This document shows, one piece after another, positions 1 to 9,451 of a stretch of DNA of 64,000 nt; positions within the stretch are counted from its first letter, which is position 1; each line of letters opens with the position of its first letter. Position numbers and translations under genes: made by a program. This stretch comes from an uncultured Gemmatimonadales bacterium (lineage in GTDB: Bacteria > Gemmatimonadota > Gemmatimonadetes > Gemmatimonadales > GWC2-71-9). The notes beneath the pieces are model-generated. The model did no database searches. It saw only the letters and a list, made by a program, of their open reading frames with translations, and was not told where the DNA came from. The DNA is taken from assembly GCA_963771275.1 (NCBI GenBank), contig CAVYSW010000003.1:1024001-1088000 (forward strand). The letters are read 5' to 3'.

Positions 1-2
1 AC

Positions 3-1115
3 CTGCTGTGGTACGGCACTGGCTACACCGCCGAGGAGGTCGTCACGCGCGCCCGCCACCTCGCCCCGGCGCGCGGGTTCCGCGAAGGCTACGGCTACTC
101 GAACCTCATGTTCATCGCGGCGGGCGAGCTCATCCCCGCCGTCACCGGCTTCCGCTGGGACGCCTTCGTCACGACCCGCATCCTGGAGCCACTCGGCATG
201 AGCGAGACCGTGACGTCGGTGAGCCAGCTCACCGGGCGCGCCAACGTCGCCAACCCCCATACGGAGAAGGACGGCCGGGTCGTCCCGGTTTCATGGTACC
301 CGTGGGACGCCATGGGGTCCGCGGGCGGGATCATCTCCTCCGCCCACGACATGGCCAAGTGGCTCATCCTGCAGCTGGGGCGCGGCGTGGTGAACGGCAC
401 GCGCCTGTTCAGCGAGGACCAGTCGCGGCGCATGTGGACGCCGCACATCCCCATCCCGATCGGCACCACCACCGAAAAGCGGTTTCCCTCGACCCACTTC
501 CAGAGCTACGGGCTGGGCTGGAGCCTGCGCGACTACCGCGGCCGGAAGATCGTGCTGCACGGCGGGGCGTACGACGGCATGTTCTCGCAGGTGGTGCTGG
601 TGCCCGAGGAGCGGCTCGGGCTCGTGATCCTCACCAACGCCACCACGAGCCTGCAGTCGGCCCTGTGGTACACGATCGTGGACGCCTACCTCGGCGCGCC
701 GGATGCCGACTGGAGCCGGGATTTCCTCACGCGGGCACGGCAGGAACGTCGCACGGAGATCACCCGCTGGGAGGAATGGACGGCAAAGCGCGTGGCGGGC
801 ACGGCGCCGTCACGCCGTCTCGCGGATTACGCCGGCACCTATGGCGGGCCGATGTACGGCGACGTGACCGTGACGCAGGAGCACGGCGGACTGGTGGTGC
901 GGTTCCTGCCGGCACCTGACTTCGTGGGCGACCTCACGCACTGGCACTACGACGTGTTCCGCATCCACTGGCGGCACGCGTTCCCCTGGTTCGGCGACGG
1001 ACTCGTGCAGTTCCGGCTCGACGACCAGGGAAACGTGACCGACATGCGGATCGACGTGCCCAACGACGACTTCTGGTTCACGGAGCTCGCGCTCACGCGC
1101 CGCGCGGCGCCGTAG
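3..1115 (+). CDS. Serine hydrolase, beta-lactamase class C/AmpC-like, with C-terminal DUF3471-like domain (5' truncated by window)
   Basis: Frame is open from base 3 (LLWYGTGY...GYGYSNLMF). It has the YxN motif, LGM..T, AGGIISSAHDMAKW, YGLGW and HGG motifs, and a C-terminal 'LADYAGTY' domain. Confidence 0.85.
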   Translation: MLWYGTGYTAEEVVTRARHLAPARGFREGYGYSNLMFIAAGELIPAVTGFRWDAFVTTRILEPLGMSETVTSVSQLTGRANVANPHTEKDGRVVPVSWYPWDAMGSAGGIISSAHDMAKWLILQLGRGVVNGTRLFSEDQSRRMWTPHIPIPIGTTTEKRFPSTHFQSYGLGWSLRDYRGRKIVLHGGAYDGMFSQVVLVPEERLGLVILTNATTSLQSALWYTIVDAYLGAPDADWSRDFLTRARQERRTEITRWEEWTAKRVAGTAPSRRLADYAGTYGGPMYGDVTVTQEHGGLVVRFLPAPDFVGDLTHWHYDVFRIHWRHAFPWFGDGLVQFRLDDQGNVTDMRIDVPNDDFWFTELALTRRAAP

Positions 1116-1126
1116 CCGCCGGCCCG

Positions 1127-1888
1127 CTATTTCCCCGCCAACGCCTTGATCTCGGGTGGCAGCGCGAAGACCGAATCCGGCGGCGGCGTGGTTTCGATTG
1201 ACGTAAACGTGGTGATGATCTGCTGCATGCCCATGATGTTCTGTACCGTCTTGAACGGCATCAGCACGCCGTCCACCGGCCGCCAGTCGGACGCGGTCGT
1301 CACCACCTCGATATTCCCCTGCGGGCTCGCTTGCTGGCGGATGCCGCCGACCTGCAGCCCGGTCTCCTTCTCGAAGAACTCGGTGTACTCCTCACCCCAG
1401 GTCGTGGTGACCTTGACCTTGTAGCACAGCTTGCCTTCGAACGTCGTGTCGGCCACCGTCTCGAGGGACTTGACCACACTGTCGGGGTAGAGCATCGTCC
1501 CGTAGAAGTCGGCCGCCTGCCGCATCTGCTTGAGCAGCAGCGAGTCGAGCAGCATCGGGCCGGTCATCGGGTTGCTGGACCAACCCACCGCTCCATCGTA
1601 GCCGGTGCGCATGGTGCCGATGCCGGCGATCGTCGCATTCTGGACCATCTTGTTGGGCGCTTCGGCCCAGAGATCGATGTCCCCGGACATGCCCTGCGCC
1701 GGGATCTCCAGCTTGCCCACCACGTGGCGCGCGGTCTGGCGCATGATCGCGTCGCGCCCCCCGATGGCCGTGATGAACCGCTCGATCACCGACCGCCCGT
1801 CGGGGAGCGCCTGCTGCGCCCGGCCCACTGATGGGACCGCCGCCAGCACCAGCGCGGCGAGGGTGATGGTGCTTCGCATCCGCTTCAT
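1127..1888 (-). CDS. Exported hypothetical protein, LolA-like/outer-membrane lipoprotein-sorting-like fold
   Basis: Signal peptide; 'IERFITAIGGRDAI', 'GYDGAVGW', 'DWRPVDGVLMPF' and 'DSVFALP' resemble this family. Start overlaps the upstream gene's stop (ATGA). Confidence 0.6.
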   Translation of the reverse strand: MKRMRSTITLAALVLAAVPSVGRAQQALPDGRSVIERFITAIGGRDAIMRQTARHVVGKLEIPAQGMSGDIDLWAEAPNKMVQNATIAGIGTMRTGYDGAVGWSSNPMTGPMLLDSLLLKQMRQAADFYGTMLYPDSVVKSLETVADTTFEGKLCYKVKVTTTWGEEYTEFFEKETGLQVGGIRQQASPQGNIEVVTTASDWRPVDGVLMPFKTVQNIMGMQQIITTFTSIETTPPPDSVFALPPEIKALAGK

Positions 1889-3243
1889 CGTCCATTCTCC
1901 TGTTCCGGTTGGCCGCCACGGCCGTGTTCGGCGTCGATCCAGGCCAGCGCCGCGTCGAGCGCGGGATCGCGGCCGGCGAGCAGGTCCGCCCGCCTGAGGG
2001 AGACCGGCTCGTCCGGTACCACCCCTCGTCCTTCCAAGTGTACCCCGGTCGCGGTCACGAATTCCGCGATCGCGTGATACAGCACATCGCCGTTCGGCAG
2101 CCGGTCGGTGATGGCGGGCAACACGCCGCCCACCGACGTCGCCCCGAACACCCGCGCGCGCCCGACGGCCTGCATGCCGCCGGCAAACACCTCGGACGCG
2201 CTACCGCTCGCCTCATCCACCAGAATCGCCACCGGCCCCGCGTAAGGCTGGACCCGCACCCCATCCGCCCGCACCAGCCGTGGGTTGGCGCGGATTTGGA
2301 GCGTGCTGCGGCGCGTCTGGAACGTGCCCAGCAGCGCGCGCTCGGTGAAGAAATGCCCCGCCACGCCGCTGATCATCCCGCCCACACCCCCACGGTTCCC
2401 GCGCAGGTCGATCACGATGCCGTCGAGCCCGCGGAACCGGTCCACGGCGTCGTCCAGCTGCCGGAGCAGGGGCGCCATCCAGAAATTGAACCACATCCAC
2501 CCCACCGCGCGGCCGGCGGGCGTCCGGACGGTCCGCTCGGCCGCGCGCGCGAAGAACGTGGGCAGGTTGCCGAACTTGACCGGCTCGCTCGGCTGGGAGC
2601 GTCGGGTCAGGTGGACCGACCGCCCCCGGTCGCTCGCGTCGCGCATGCCCAGCGCGCAGGGTGAGCCGACCGCGCCGTTCATGCGGCCCTGCGCCCAGCT
2701 CCACAGCAGGAACGCCGGCTTGAGCCGCGACACGCGCCCACGGAAGTAGGCCAGCATGGCCGCGACCGAGTCCTTGCCGATCGTGACCACGGCCCACCCC
2801 GGCCGGACCCCGGCGCTGTCCGCCGGCCCACCAGCCTCCACGGACGTCACGACGAGCGTGTCACCGATCAGCCGGACGTCGAGGCCCACGTCCCCGATGA
2901 CCACGCCTTCCGCCTCGTTCCGCGGGTCGAGCGTATCCACCATCTCCCGTGGAAACAGCGCGAAATGCGATTGTCCGAGCCGGCCCACCATGTCACCAAT
3001 CACGGCGCGCAGGGCCTCGGTGCTCGTCGCGGCAGCCGCCCGGGGGCGCAGCTCGTCGCGCAGGGCAAGCCAGTCGACCCCGTTGAACGTCGTGTCGAAA
3101 TGGGTCTCGTAGACGATCCGCCAGGCTCGGTCGAACGTCTCGATCCCGCGGGCGGAGTCGTACGGCGGCGCCACGGGCTGCGGCGCGGGCGCCGGGTGGG
3201 CACAGCCCAGCAGCCCGGCGACGAGAACGATCCCACGGTACAT
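1885..3243 (-). CDS. S41 family (C-terminal processing/tricorn-like) peptidase with PDZ domain, probable lipoprotein
   Basis: Start re-called at MYRGIVLVAGLLGC (lipobox). Motifs IDLRGNRGG, SGSASEVFAG and LEGRGVVPD; PDZ-like 'GGPADSAGVRPG'. Confidence 0.88.
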   Translation of the reverse strand: MYRGIVLVAGLLGCAHPAPAPQPVAPPYDSARGIETFDRAWRIVYETHFDTTFNGVDWLALRDELRPRAAAATSTEALRAVIGDMVGRLGQSHFALFPREMVDTLDPRNEAEGVVIGDVGLDVRLIGDTLVVTSVEAGGPADSAGVRPGWAVVTIGKDSVAAMLAYFRGRVSRLKPAFLLWSWAQGRMNGAVGSPCALGMRDASDRGRSVHLTRRSQPSEPVKFGNLPTFFARAAERTVRTPAGRAVGWMWFNFWMAPLLRQLDDAVDRFRGLDGIVIDLRGNRGGVGGMISGVAGHFFTERALLGTFQTRRSTLQIRANPRLVRADGVRVQPYAGPVAILVDEASGSASEVFAGGMQAVGRARVFGATSVGGVLPAITDRLPNGDVLYHAIAEFVTATGVHLEGRGVVPDEPVSLRRADLLAGRDPALDAALAWIDAEHGRGGQPEQENGR

Positions 3244-3250
3244 CCGCACG

Positions 3251-5764
3251 CTACCCCCGGTCTCCGGTTCGCTTGGAATCTGACACGTCCTGGCCCGCGG
3301 GGCCACAGCCTCCAAGCTCCGCCACCAGCTCCCCCTCGGACCCCGCGGAGAGCAGGCGCGTGCGGCGCGTGGGATCGGACAGCAGCCGGGCGACGTCCGC
3401 GAGGACGGCCAGGTGCTCTTCAGGCTGGTCGGTGGGACTGAGCAGCAGGACGACCAGCCGGGCGGGCCGCTCGATCCCCGCGAACACGGTGCCGCCCTCG
3501 CTCCGGCCGATGAACAGCTGCGGGGCCTTGAGGAAGTCGAGCCGGGCATGAACGACGACGACACCCGGGGCGATCTCCAGGGCCACGCCGCGACGACTGT
3601 GGAGCAACGCGCGGAGGATGTCGCGGCGCCCTCCCCGCACGTCGGGATACTCGCGTTCCAGGAGGGCGTCGAGCGCCGCGTGCGCCGACCGCCCGGGCAG
3701 AGACGTCACAATCCGCGCGCGGGACAGCGCGCGCGGCAGCGCCGGCTCCTCCACCGTGTGGCCGGCGCGGTCGACCCGCTCCGGCGGGTAGAGCATCAGG
3801 AAACTCTCCGGTACCAGCCCGGCGAGCCGGGCGGGCAACCGTTCGAGGTCGGGCCGCCATGACACGGTTCCGCGCCGCGCGCTGACGACCGCGACGAGGT
3901 CTTCTGCGCGCAGCGCCTCGCGCAGCACGGCCAGCGCCTCCGGCCACGAGCGGGCGGCACGCGCCGTCAGCGGGACTGGCGGCTTGAGCGCCTGGACCTG
4001 CCGCACGAGCGCCTCGCCATCGCCCTCGACGACCACGAGCAGCACGTCCGCGCTCAGCCGCCGGCTCAGTCGCTTGATCGTAGTGAACGCCTCGCCGAAC
4101 CCGGGGTGGTGATTCGCCCCCCGGGGCACGAGCGTGACCAGCCGTCGCGTGGTGTTCAACGGGTGGCCGAGCTTCGCCACGATCACGTGCTGTGTGCTCT
4201 GCTCCAGTACCTGGTCGAGCACGCTGCCGAACACCCAGCGGCGCGACGCCCGGCCGTCCCAGCCGATCACGACGGTGGTTGCGCGGGTCTCCACCGCGCC
4301 GCGCGCGATTCCGGTCGCGAAGTTCTGGTCCAGGCGCGTTACGGCGCGCACCGGGATTCCGGCGCCCACGGCGTAGGCGACCGCCTTGGACAGCATCTGC
4401 TCGGCCTCCGCGACGTACTCGGCCGAGGCGTTCTCCTCCGGCACGACCGTCAGCACGCGGATCGGCTCGCTCGAGCGCTCCTCCTGCAGCAGCAGCGCCA
4501 GGTCGAGCAGGGCCGGCGCCGTGCGGGGGTTCGCCATCGGCACGAGGAGGCGCGGCGGCCCCTCGGCTGACCGCACGGCGGGCTCGTGCTCTTCGCGCAG
4601 CGCCAGCACGCGCCCGTGCCGCTCGACGAGCCACGGCCCGAGGAAGCAGGTCGCCATCATCAGCGCGACGGCGCCGTGCTCGACCACCTGGTCGAGCAGC
4701 CCCAGCTTGAGCCCCACGAGGGCGATCGCCAGCGTGGCGGACGCGCGGGAAACCGACAGGCCGAACACCGTCCCGCGCTCCTCCCGCGCATGGCGGAACA
4801 GGCGTCCCGCCACGGCGGCCGCCAGCCACTTGCCGGCGATGCCGGCGACGAGCAGGCCCGCGATGACGAGCCACGCGCGCCCGCCGCCCGCCAGCACGCG
4901 GACGTCGACCAGCATGCCGACCCACAGCAGGAAGAACGGAATGAGGAATGCTTCGCCGACGAAATGCACGCGGTTGTTGAGCAGGCTGCCCGCCGGGATC
5001 AGGCGGTTGAGCGCCAGACCGGCGAGAAACGCGCCGACGATCGGCTCGACGCCGGCCAGATCCGCCAGCACGGCCGCCGTGAACAGCGCCGCCATGACGA
5101 ACACGAATGGCGCCGCGGCGCCCGTCGTCTCGCGCCGGAAGTACCAGCGGGCGAGGCGCGGCAGGCCGAGGAGGATTGCGCCGGCCAGCACGGCGAGCGA
5201 CACCACCAGCCGCACCCAGAACAGCGTGTCCAGCCCGCCGCTGCTGGCGGCGGCGACCACGGCGAGGACCAGCAGGGCGGCGGTATCGGCGATCATCGTG
5301 CCGCCCACCGCCGTGATGACGGCCGGGCTGCGCCCGATGTCCATGCTGAGCGCGAGAGGGTATGCGAGCAGCGTGTGCGAGGCGAGCATCGCGCCGATCA
5401 GCCACGCGCTCGCCGTCCCGAAGCCGAGCAGCCGCCCCAGCAGGAGGCCGAGGAGCAGCGGGATGGCGAACGACAGCGCGCCGAACACCACGCTCTCCGT
5501 GCGATGGCGCCGGAACCCGTGGAGATCGATCTCGACGCCGGCGAGGAACATCAGGTAGAGGAGCCCGACCGTTCCCAGCAGCACGATCGTGGCGTCGCGG
5601 TCCAGCAGGTGGAGGCCGTGGGGACCGACGATTGCGCCCGCGGCGATGATGCCGATGATGCCGGGGACCGCATAGCGCCGCATGATCAGCGGCGCCACGA
5701 GGAAGATCCCCATCGCCACGGCAAAGACCACCACCGGGTTGGTGAGGGGGAGGCGCAGATGCAC
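3251..5764 (-). CDS. CPA2-family cation:proton antiporter fused to USP-like domains and a C-terminal PTS EIIA (Ntr/Fru-type) domain
   Basis: About 12 TM segments with 'GLLYLMFLAGVEID' and 'IVGAFLAGLAL'; 'LLVPMANP..A' and 'FGSVLDQVL' (USP-like); C-terminal 'PGVVVVHAR...ARLVVLLLSP...EHLAVLADVAR' (EIIA-like). Confidence 0.85.
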   Translation of the reverse strand: MHLRLPLTNPVVVFAVAMGIFLVAPLIMRRYAVPGIIGIIAAGAIVGPHGLHLLDRDATIVLLGTVGLLYLMFLAGVEIDLHGFRRHRTESVVFGALSFAIPLLLGLLLGRLLGFGTASAWLIGAMLASHTLLAYPLALSMDIGRSPAVITAVGGTMIADTAALLVLAVVAAASSGGLDTLFWVRLVVSLAVLAGAILLGLPRLARWYFRRETTGAAAPFVFVMAALFTAAVLADLAGVEPIVGAFLAGLALNRLIPAGSLLNNRVHFVGEAFLIPFFLLWVGMLVDVRVLAGGGRAWLVIAGLLVAGIAGKWLAAAVAGRLFRHAREERGTVFGLSVSRASATLAIALVGLKLGLLDQVVEHGAVALMMATCFLGPWLVERHGRVLALREEHEPAVRSAEGPPRLLVPMANPRTAPALLDLALLLQEERSSEPIRVLTVVPEENASAEYVAEAEQMLSKAVAYAVGAGIPVRAVTRLDQNFATGIARGAVETRATTVVIGWDGRASRRWVFGSVLDQVLEQSTQHVIVAKLGHPLNTTRRLVTLVPRGANHHPGFGEAFTTIKRLSRRLSADVLLVVVEGDGEALVRQVQALKPPVPLTARAARSWPEALAVLREALRAEDLVAVVSARRGTVSWRPDLERLPARLAGLVPESFLMLYPPERVDRAGHTVEEPALPRALSRARIVTSLPGRSAHAALDALLEREYPDVRGGRRDILRALLHSRRGVALEIAPGVVVVHARLDFLKAPQLFIGRSEGGTVFAGIERPARLVVLLLSPTDQPEEHLAVLADVARLLSDPTRRTRLLSAGSEGELVAELGGCGPAGQDVSDSKRTGDRG

Positions 5765-5766
5765 CG

Positions 5767-7329
5767 CTAGAACTCGTACGCCTGGCCGAAGCTCACCACC
5801 CAGCGGCGTCCGGTAACGCCGTCGCCGAACTGGTAGGCCAGGTCGAGCCGGCCGACGTTGGGCCCGGTCGCCCGGGTGGCGCCGATGCGCAGCCCAATCC
5901 CCACATCGCCACCGAACCGCGGGTCCTCATCGGCGTACCAGGCGCCGCCGTAGTCGGCGAACCCCGCGAAGCCCAGGCCGAGCAGGCCGAGCAGGTCGTC
6001 GAGCACGAACACGCGATGCTCCGCGATGCCCCACACCGCGCGCGTGCCGGTGAACGCGTGCGGCTTGAAGGCGCGGGGCCCGAGGCCGTGTCCCAGATCG
6101 AACTCGCTCCCGGGATAGGGGTTCTTCTGCAGGCCCGCCTCCACGTGGAGCACCGTCGCCTGCCGCGGGATCATCCGCGACGCGAGCGTGATGCCGGCGT
6201 TCACCCGCCCCGAATCGAGGCCCGCCGAGGTCAGCAGGCCGTCGACCTGCACCCGGAGCCGCACGAAGGCGCTTGGGGTGCCCGCGCCGGTCTGCGCGTC
6301 CAGCGCGCCCCCGATTCCCGTGCGCGCGTAGCCGAACGCCGTAGGCGCCAGCAGCACCGTCATCAGCGCCCGGGTGCTCAAGTCGAAGTCCTCCTCCCGC
6401 GCGAACCCGTTGTAGTGCGTCACTTCGACGAAGCGCGGCCGCTGCGCCTCGAGCTGGAGCCCGACGACCCCCGTGATCGAGTCGGGGACCGTGAGACCCG
6501 TGTCCCGGACCGCCACGATCGCGTCGCGGCGCACGTGCCCGTACAGGCCCACCCGCACGTATCCGCCGGGGCCCGCCACCGGCGCCCAGCCGACCCAGGC
6601 CCGCTGCACCAGGCCGCGGCGCCACAGCGTGTCGCTCTCCACACCGTCCCGGAACAGCAGGATCCGCTGGTCGGCCGCGTCACCCGGCAGCCCGCCTCCC
6701 ACCCGGTCGCCGAACGCGCGGAACGGCACCTCCGGGGCCCACGCCCCCGCGCGGCCGTCGGACAGGTCGTCGTAGAAGCCGGCCACGACCGCCCGGCTGC
6801 CGAGCGCCCGGTTGAGCTGCCCGCGAAACCGCCACGCGCTGCGATCGGTCTCCTTGCGATAGCTCGCGCCCACGAGGTTCCCGGTCCCGAGCACGTTGCG
6901 CTCCGTGAGTCCGGCCGACCAGGTCACCACGTTGCCCGTGAAGCTCAGGGCGGTCTCGAGCGTCGTGGTCCAGCCGTCGTAGGTCACGATCCGGGCCACG
7001 AGCTTCCCGTCCACGCGGGTGGTGTCGATCACGACGCGCCGGAACAGGCCCAGACGCCGGAGGTTCCGCTCGGTCTCGGCCATGAGCCGCGGGTCGAGCG
7101 GCGAACCGGGGTGGAACAGGACTTCGCGCCGCACCACCCACGACTGGGTCTTCACGTGCAGCGAGTTCATCAGGCCGAACAGGAAGCTCCCCCGCGCTTC
7201 GGTCGAATCGACCATGTCGTGGGTCTCGATCGCGACGGAGTCGATCAGCGGGGGCGCCTGCGCGCGGAGGGCGGGCGGGCCGGCGGCGACGAGTGCGGCG
7301 GCGGCAATCACGAGAAGGCGACGTGTCAC
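5767..7329 (-). CDS. Omp85 (BamA/TamA)-family outer membrane protein with one POTRA domain
   Basis: Start re-called at GTG 7329 (signal peptide TRRLLVIAAAALVAAG). POTRA 'TQSWVVRREVLF...ETERNLRRLGLF', 'ERNVLGTG', 'PRAF' loop, C-terminal Phe (QAYEF). Confidence 0.8.
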   Translation of the reverse strand: MTRRLLVIAAAALVAAGPPALRAQAPPLIDSVAIETHDMVDSTEARGSFLFGLMNSLHVKTQSWVVRREVLFHPGSPLDPRLMAETERNLRRLGLFRRVVIDTTRVDGKLVARIVTYDGWTTTLETALSFTGNVVTWSAGLTERNVLGTGNLVGASYRKETDRSAWRFRGQLNRALGSRAVVAGFYDDLSDGRAGAWAPEVPFRAFGDRVGGGLPGDAADQRILLFRDGVESDTLWRRGLVQRAWVGWAPVAGPGGYVRVGLYGHVRRDAIVAVRDTGLTVPDSITGVVGLQLEAQRPRFVEVTHYNGFAREEDFDLSTRALMTVLLAPTAFGYARTGIGGALDAQTGAGTPSAFVRLRVQVDGLLTSAGLDSGRVNAGITLASRMIPRQATVLHVEAGLQKNPYPGSEFDLGHGLGPRAFKPHAFTGTRAVWGIAEHRVFVLDDLLGLLGLGFAGFADYGGAWYADEDPRFGGDVGIGLRIGATRATGPNVGRLDLAYQFGDGVTGRRWVVSFGQAYEF

Positions 7330-7409
7330 GGCGGAAACGTAAGCGGGGAGGACCGGCGAACGGAACGACGCCGGGCCTCCCCGCCCAACACCCTGCCAGC
7401 TGCGGTCGG

Positions 7410-8807
7410 CTAGTACTTCCCCAGGTACCGGTCGATCTCCCACTGATGCACCTGCGCCGAGTACTCCAGCCACTCCTGACGCTTCGCCTCGACGAACCGC
7501 TCGACGATATGATCGCCCAGCGCGTCGCGCACCAGCCGGCTCTTCTCCATCACGTCGAGCGCCTCGTGCAGGTCGCGCGGCAGCTCGGTGATCTTGTAGC
7601 GCCGCTTCTCCCGCTCGCTCATCGTGAAGATGTTCTTGTTCACCGGGGCCGGGGGCGTGAGCTTGCGCTCGATCCCGTCGAGACCGGCGGCCAGCATCAC
7701 GCCGAGCGCCAGGTACGGGTTGGCCGACGGATCGGGCATGCGCAGCTCGCACCGGGTGCCGTGGCCGCGTCGCTCGGGAATCCGGATCAGCGGCGAGCGG
7801 TTGCGCATGCTCCAGGCGACGTTGGTCGGCGCCTCGTAGCCGGGCACCAGCCGCTTGTAGCTGTTGACCAGCGGGTTCGTGATCGCGCAGAACGCGCGCG
7901 CATGCTCGAGCAGCCCGGCGATGTAGCTCAGCCCGACCTTCGAGATCTGCCACTCCGCCTTCTCGTCGTAGAACGCGTTGTGCGACCCTTTGAACAGCGA
8001 CTGGTGGGTGTGCATCCCCGAGCCGTTCTGTCCGAAGATCGGCTTCGGCATGAACGTCGCCAGGAAGCCGTTGCGGTGCGCCACGTTGCGCACGACGTGC
8101 CGGAAGGTCGCGATGTTGTCCGCCGTCTCCAGCGCGTCGGCGTAGCGGAAATCGATCTCGTGTTGCCCGACGGCGACTTCGTGGTGCCCCGCCTCGACCT
8201 CGAACCCCATGTGCACCAGGTCCTCGATGATCAGGCGCCGGATCGGCTCGGCCTTGTCGACCGGGGCAAGATCGAAGTAGCCGCCCGTGTCGTGGGTCTT
8301 GAGGGTCGCGTTGCCCTCCGGGTCGAGATGGAAGATGAAGAACTCCGCCTCGCAGCCCGCCATCATCTGGAAGCCGAGCTTCTTCGCCCGCTCGATCGTG
8401 CGCCGGAGCGTAGTGCGGGGGCAGCCCGGGAATACCGATCCGTCGGGCAGCAGGATGTCGCAGATCAGGCGCCCCACCCGTCCGCCGTCATCTTCGTACG
8501 CGTGGATCTTGAACGTGCCGAGGTCCGGACGGAGCAGCATGTCGCTCTCCTCGATCCGCACGAACCCTTCGATCGACGAGCCGTCGAACATCACCTCCCC
8601 CGACACGGCCTTCTCGAACTGCGAGCGCGGCACCTCGACGTTCTTGTTGACGCCGGTGATGTCGGTGAACTGGAGGCGGAGGAAGTCTACCTGCAAGTCC
8701 TTGCAGAGCTTCAGGATGTCGGCCTTACCGGCACTCTTCGTATCGATCACCAGGCCGCGCAGCGGCGGCTTCTCCGTTGAGGCTGTACCACGGGGTTTCG
8801 GGGGCAC
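7410..8807 (-). CDS. glnA: Glutamine synthetase type I
   Basis: FDGSSIEGF, HHEVAVGQHEI, TFMPKP..NGSGMHTHQS, NSYKRLVPGYEAP and ELRMPDPSANPY motifs. Confidence 0.97.
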   Translation of the reverse strand: MPPKPRGTASTEKPPLRGLVIDTKSAGKADILKLCKDLQVDFLRLQFTDITGVNKNVEVPRSQFEKAVSGEVMFDGSSIEGFVRIEESDMLLRPDLGTFKIHAYEDDGGRVGRLICDILLPDGSVFPGCPRTTLRRTIERAKKLGFQMMAGCEAEFFIFHLDPEGNATLKTHDTGGYFDLAPVDKAEPIRRLIIEDLVHMGFEVEAGHHEVAVGQHEIDFRYADALETADNIATFRHVVRNVAHRNGFLATFMPKPIFGQNGSGMHTHQSLFKGSHNAFYDEKAEWQISKVGLSYIAGLLEHARAFCAITNPLVNSYKRLVPGYEAPTNVAWSMRNRSPLIRIPERRGHGTRCELRMPDPSANPYLALGVMLAAGLDGIERKLTPPAPVNKNIFTMSEREKRRYKITELPRDLHEALDVMEKSRLVRDALGDHIVERFVEAKRQEWLEYSAQVHQWEIDRYLGKY

Positions 8808-8849
8808 GGCACCGCTCCTGTGGGGATGGGGGGCAGATTGGGAAGCGGG

Positions 8850-8878
8850 AAGCTACCTGGGAGGAGCACCGGCGTCAA
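8850..8878 (-). promoter_or_regulatory. sigma70-type promoter of glnA
   Basis: Minus strand TTGACG (8878-8873), 17-nt spacer, TAGCTT (8855-8850). Confidence 0.65.
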
Positions 8879-9051
8879 GCGAAAACCACCGTCCGCGCAC
8901 AATTCCTACGACATTGTGCAGGATTCTCCTTGATTTCGTCGAGAATGATCAGGCAAATCTGCACATGCGGCAGATTCTTGGCCGCACTAGCAGCGGCGGC
9001 TGGATCCGGCGAGCACCACGGCTTGGCGCGACGCGATCGGGCGGTGGGCGA

Positions 9052-9339
9052 TCAGCTGAGCGAGTCGAGCAGGTTCCAGAGCTCCTGCGGTGAGAACTCG
9101 GCGAAGCGCGTTTCGATGTCCTTGGCCGACCACTCGAGGAAGATCCAGCCGGAAATGCGGTGGGTGTGTCCGGACACGAAGTGGATCCGGCCGCGCAGGC
9201 CGCCGATCTCGTCGTCGCGGGCGAACTCGATCAGCACGTCCCAGCGACTGTCGCCCCGCAGCAGCTCGCCCAGCTGCCGAGCCTGGATTTGGCTCAGCGG
9301 AGGATCGAAGCGCTTGCTCGTGCGGGGCTCGCCGCTCAT
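9052..9339 (-). CDS. Hypothetical protein (95 aa)
   Basis: Globular-looking ORF with normal codon bias; a -10-like TAACGT lies 7 nt before the ATG. Confidence 0.7.
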   Translation of the reverse strand: MSGEPRTSKRFDPPLSQIQARQLGELLRGDSRWDVLIEFARDDEIGGLRGRIHFVSGHTHRISGWIFLEWSAKDIETRFAEFSPQELWNLLDSLS

Positions 9340-9451
9340 GGCGGCAACGTTAACGCCACCGCCACCCCACCGCCACTCGGTCCCGGCAATCTCTTGCCCC
9401 GGTTACATTTCCACTTCCCAACGGCCACCAGTCTGTCGGCGGAGCTTGCTC

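Noticed and set aside
8777..9451. N-terminal extensions in the ORF track (8777, 3564, 7953, 19946, 25191, 46194, 51560, 53137, 57118)
   Set aside because: They overlap other genes or promoters; starts were re-called at motif- or signal-supported positions.
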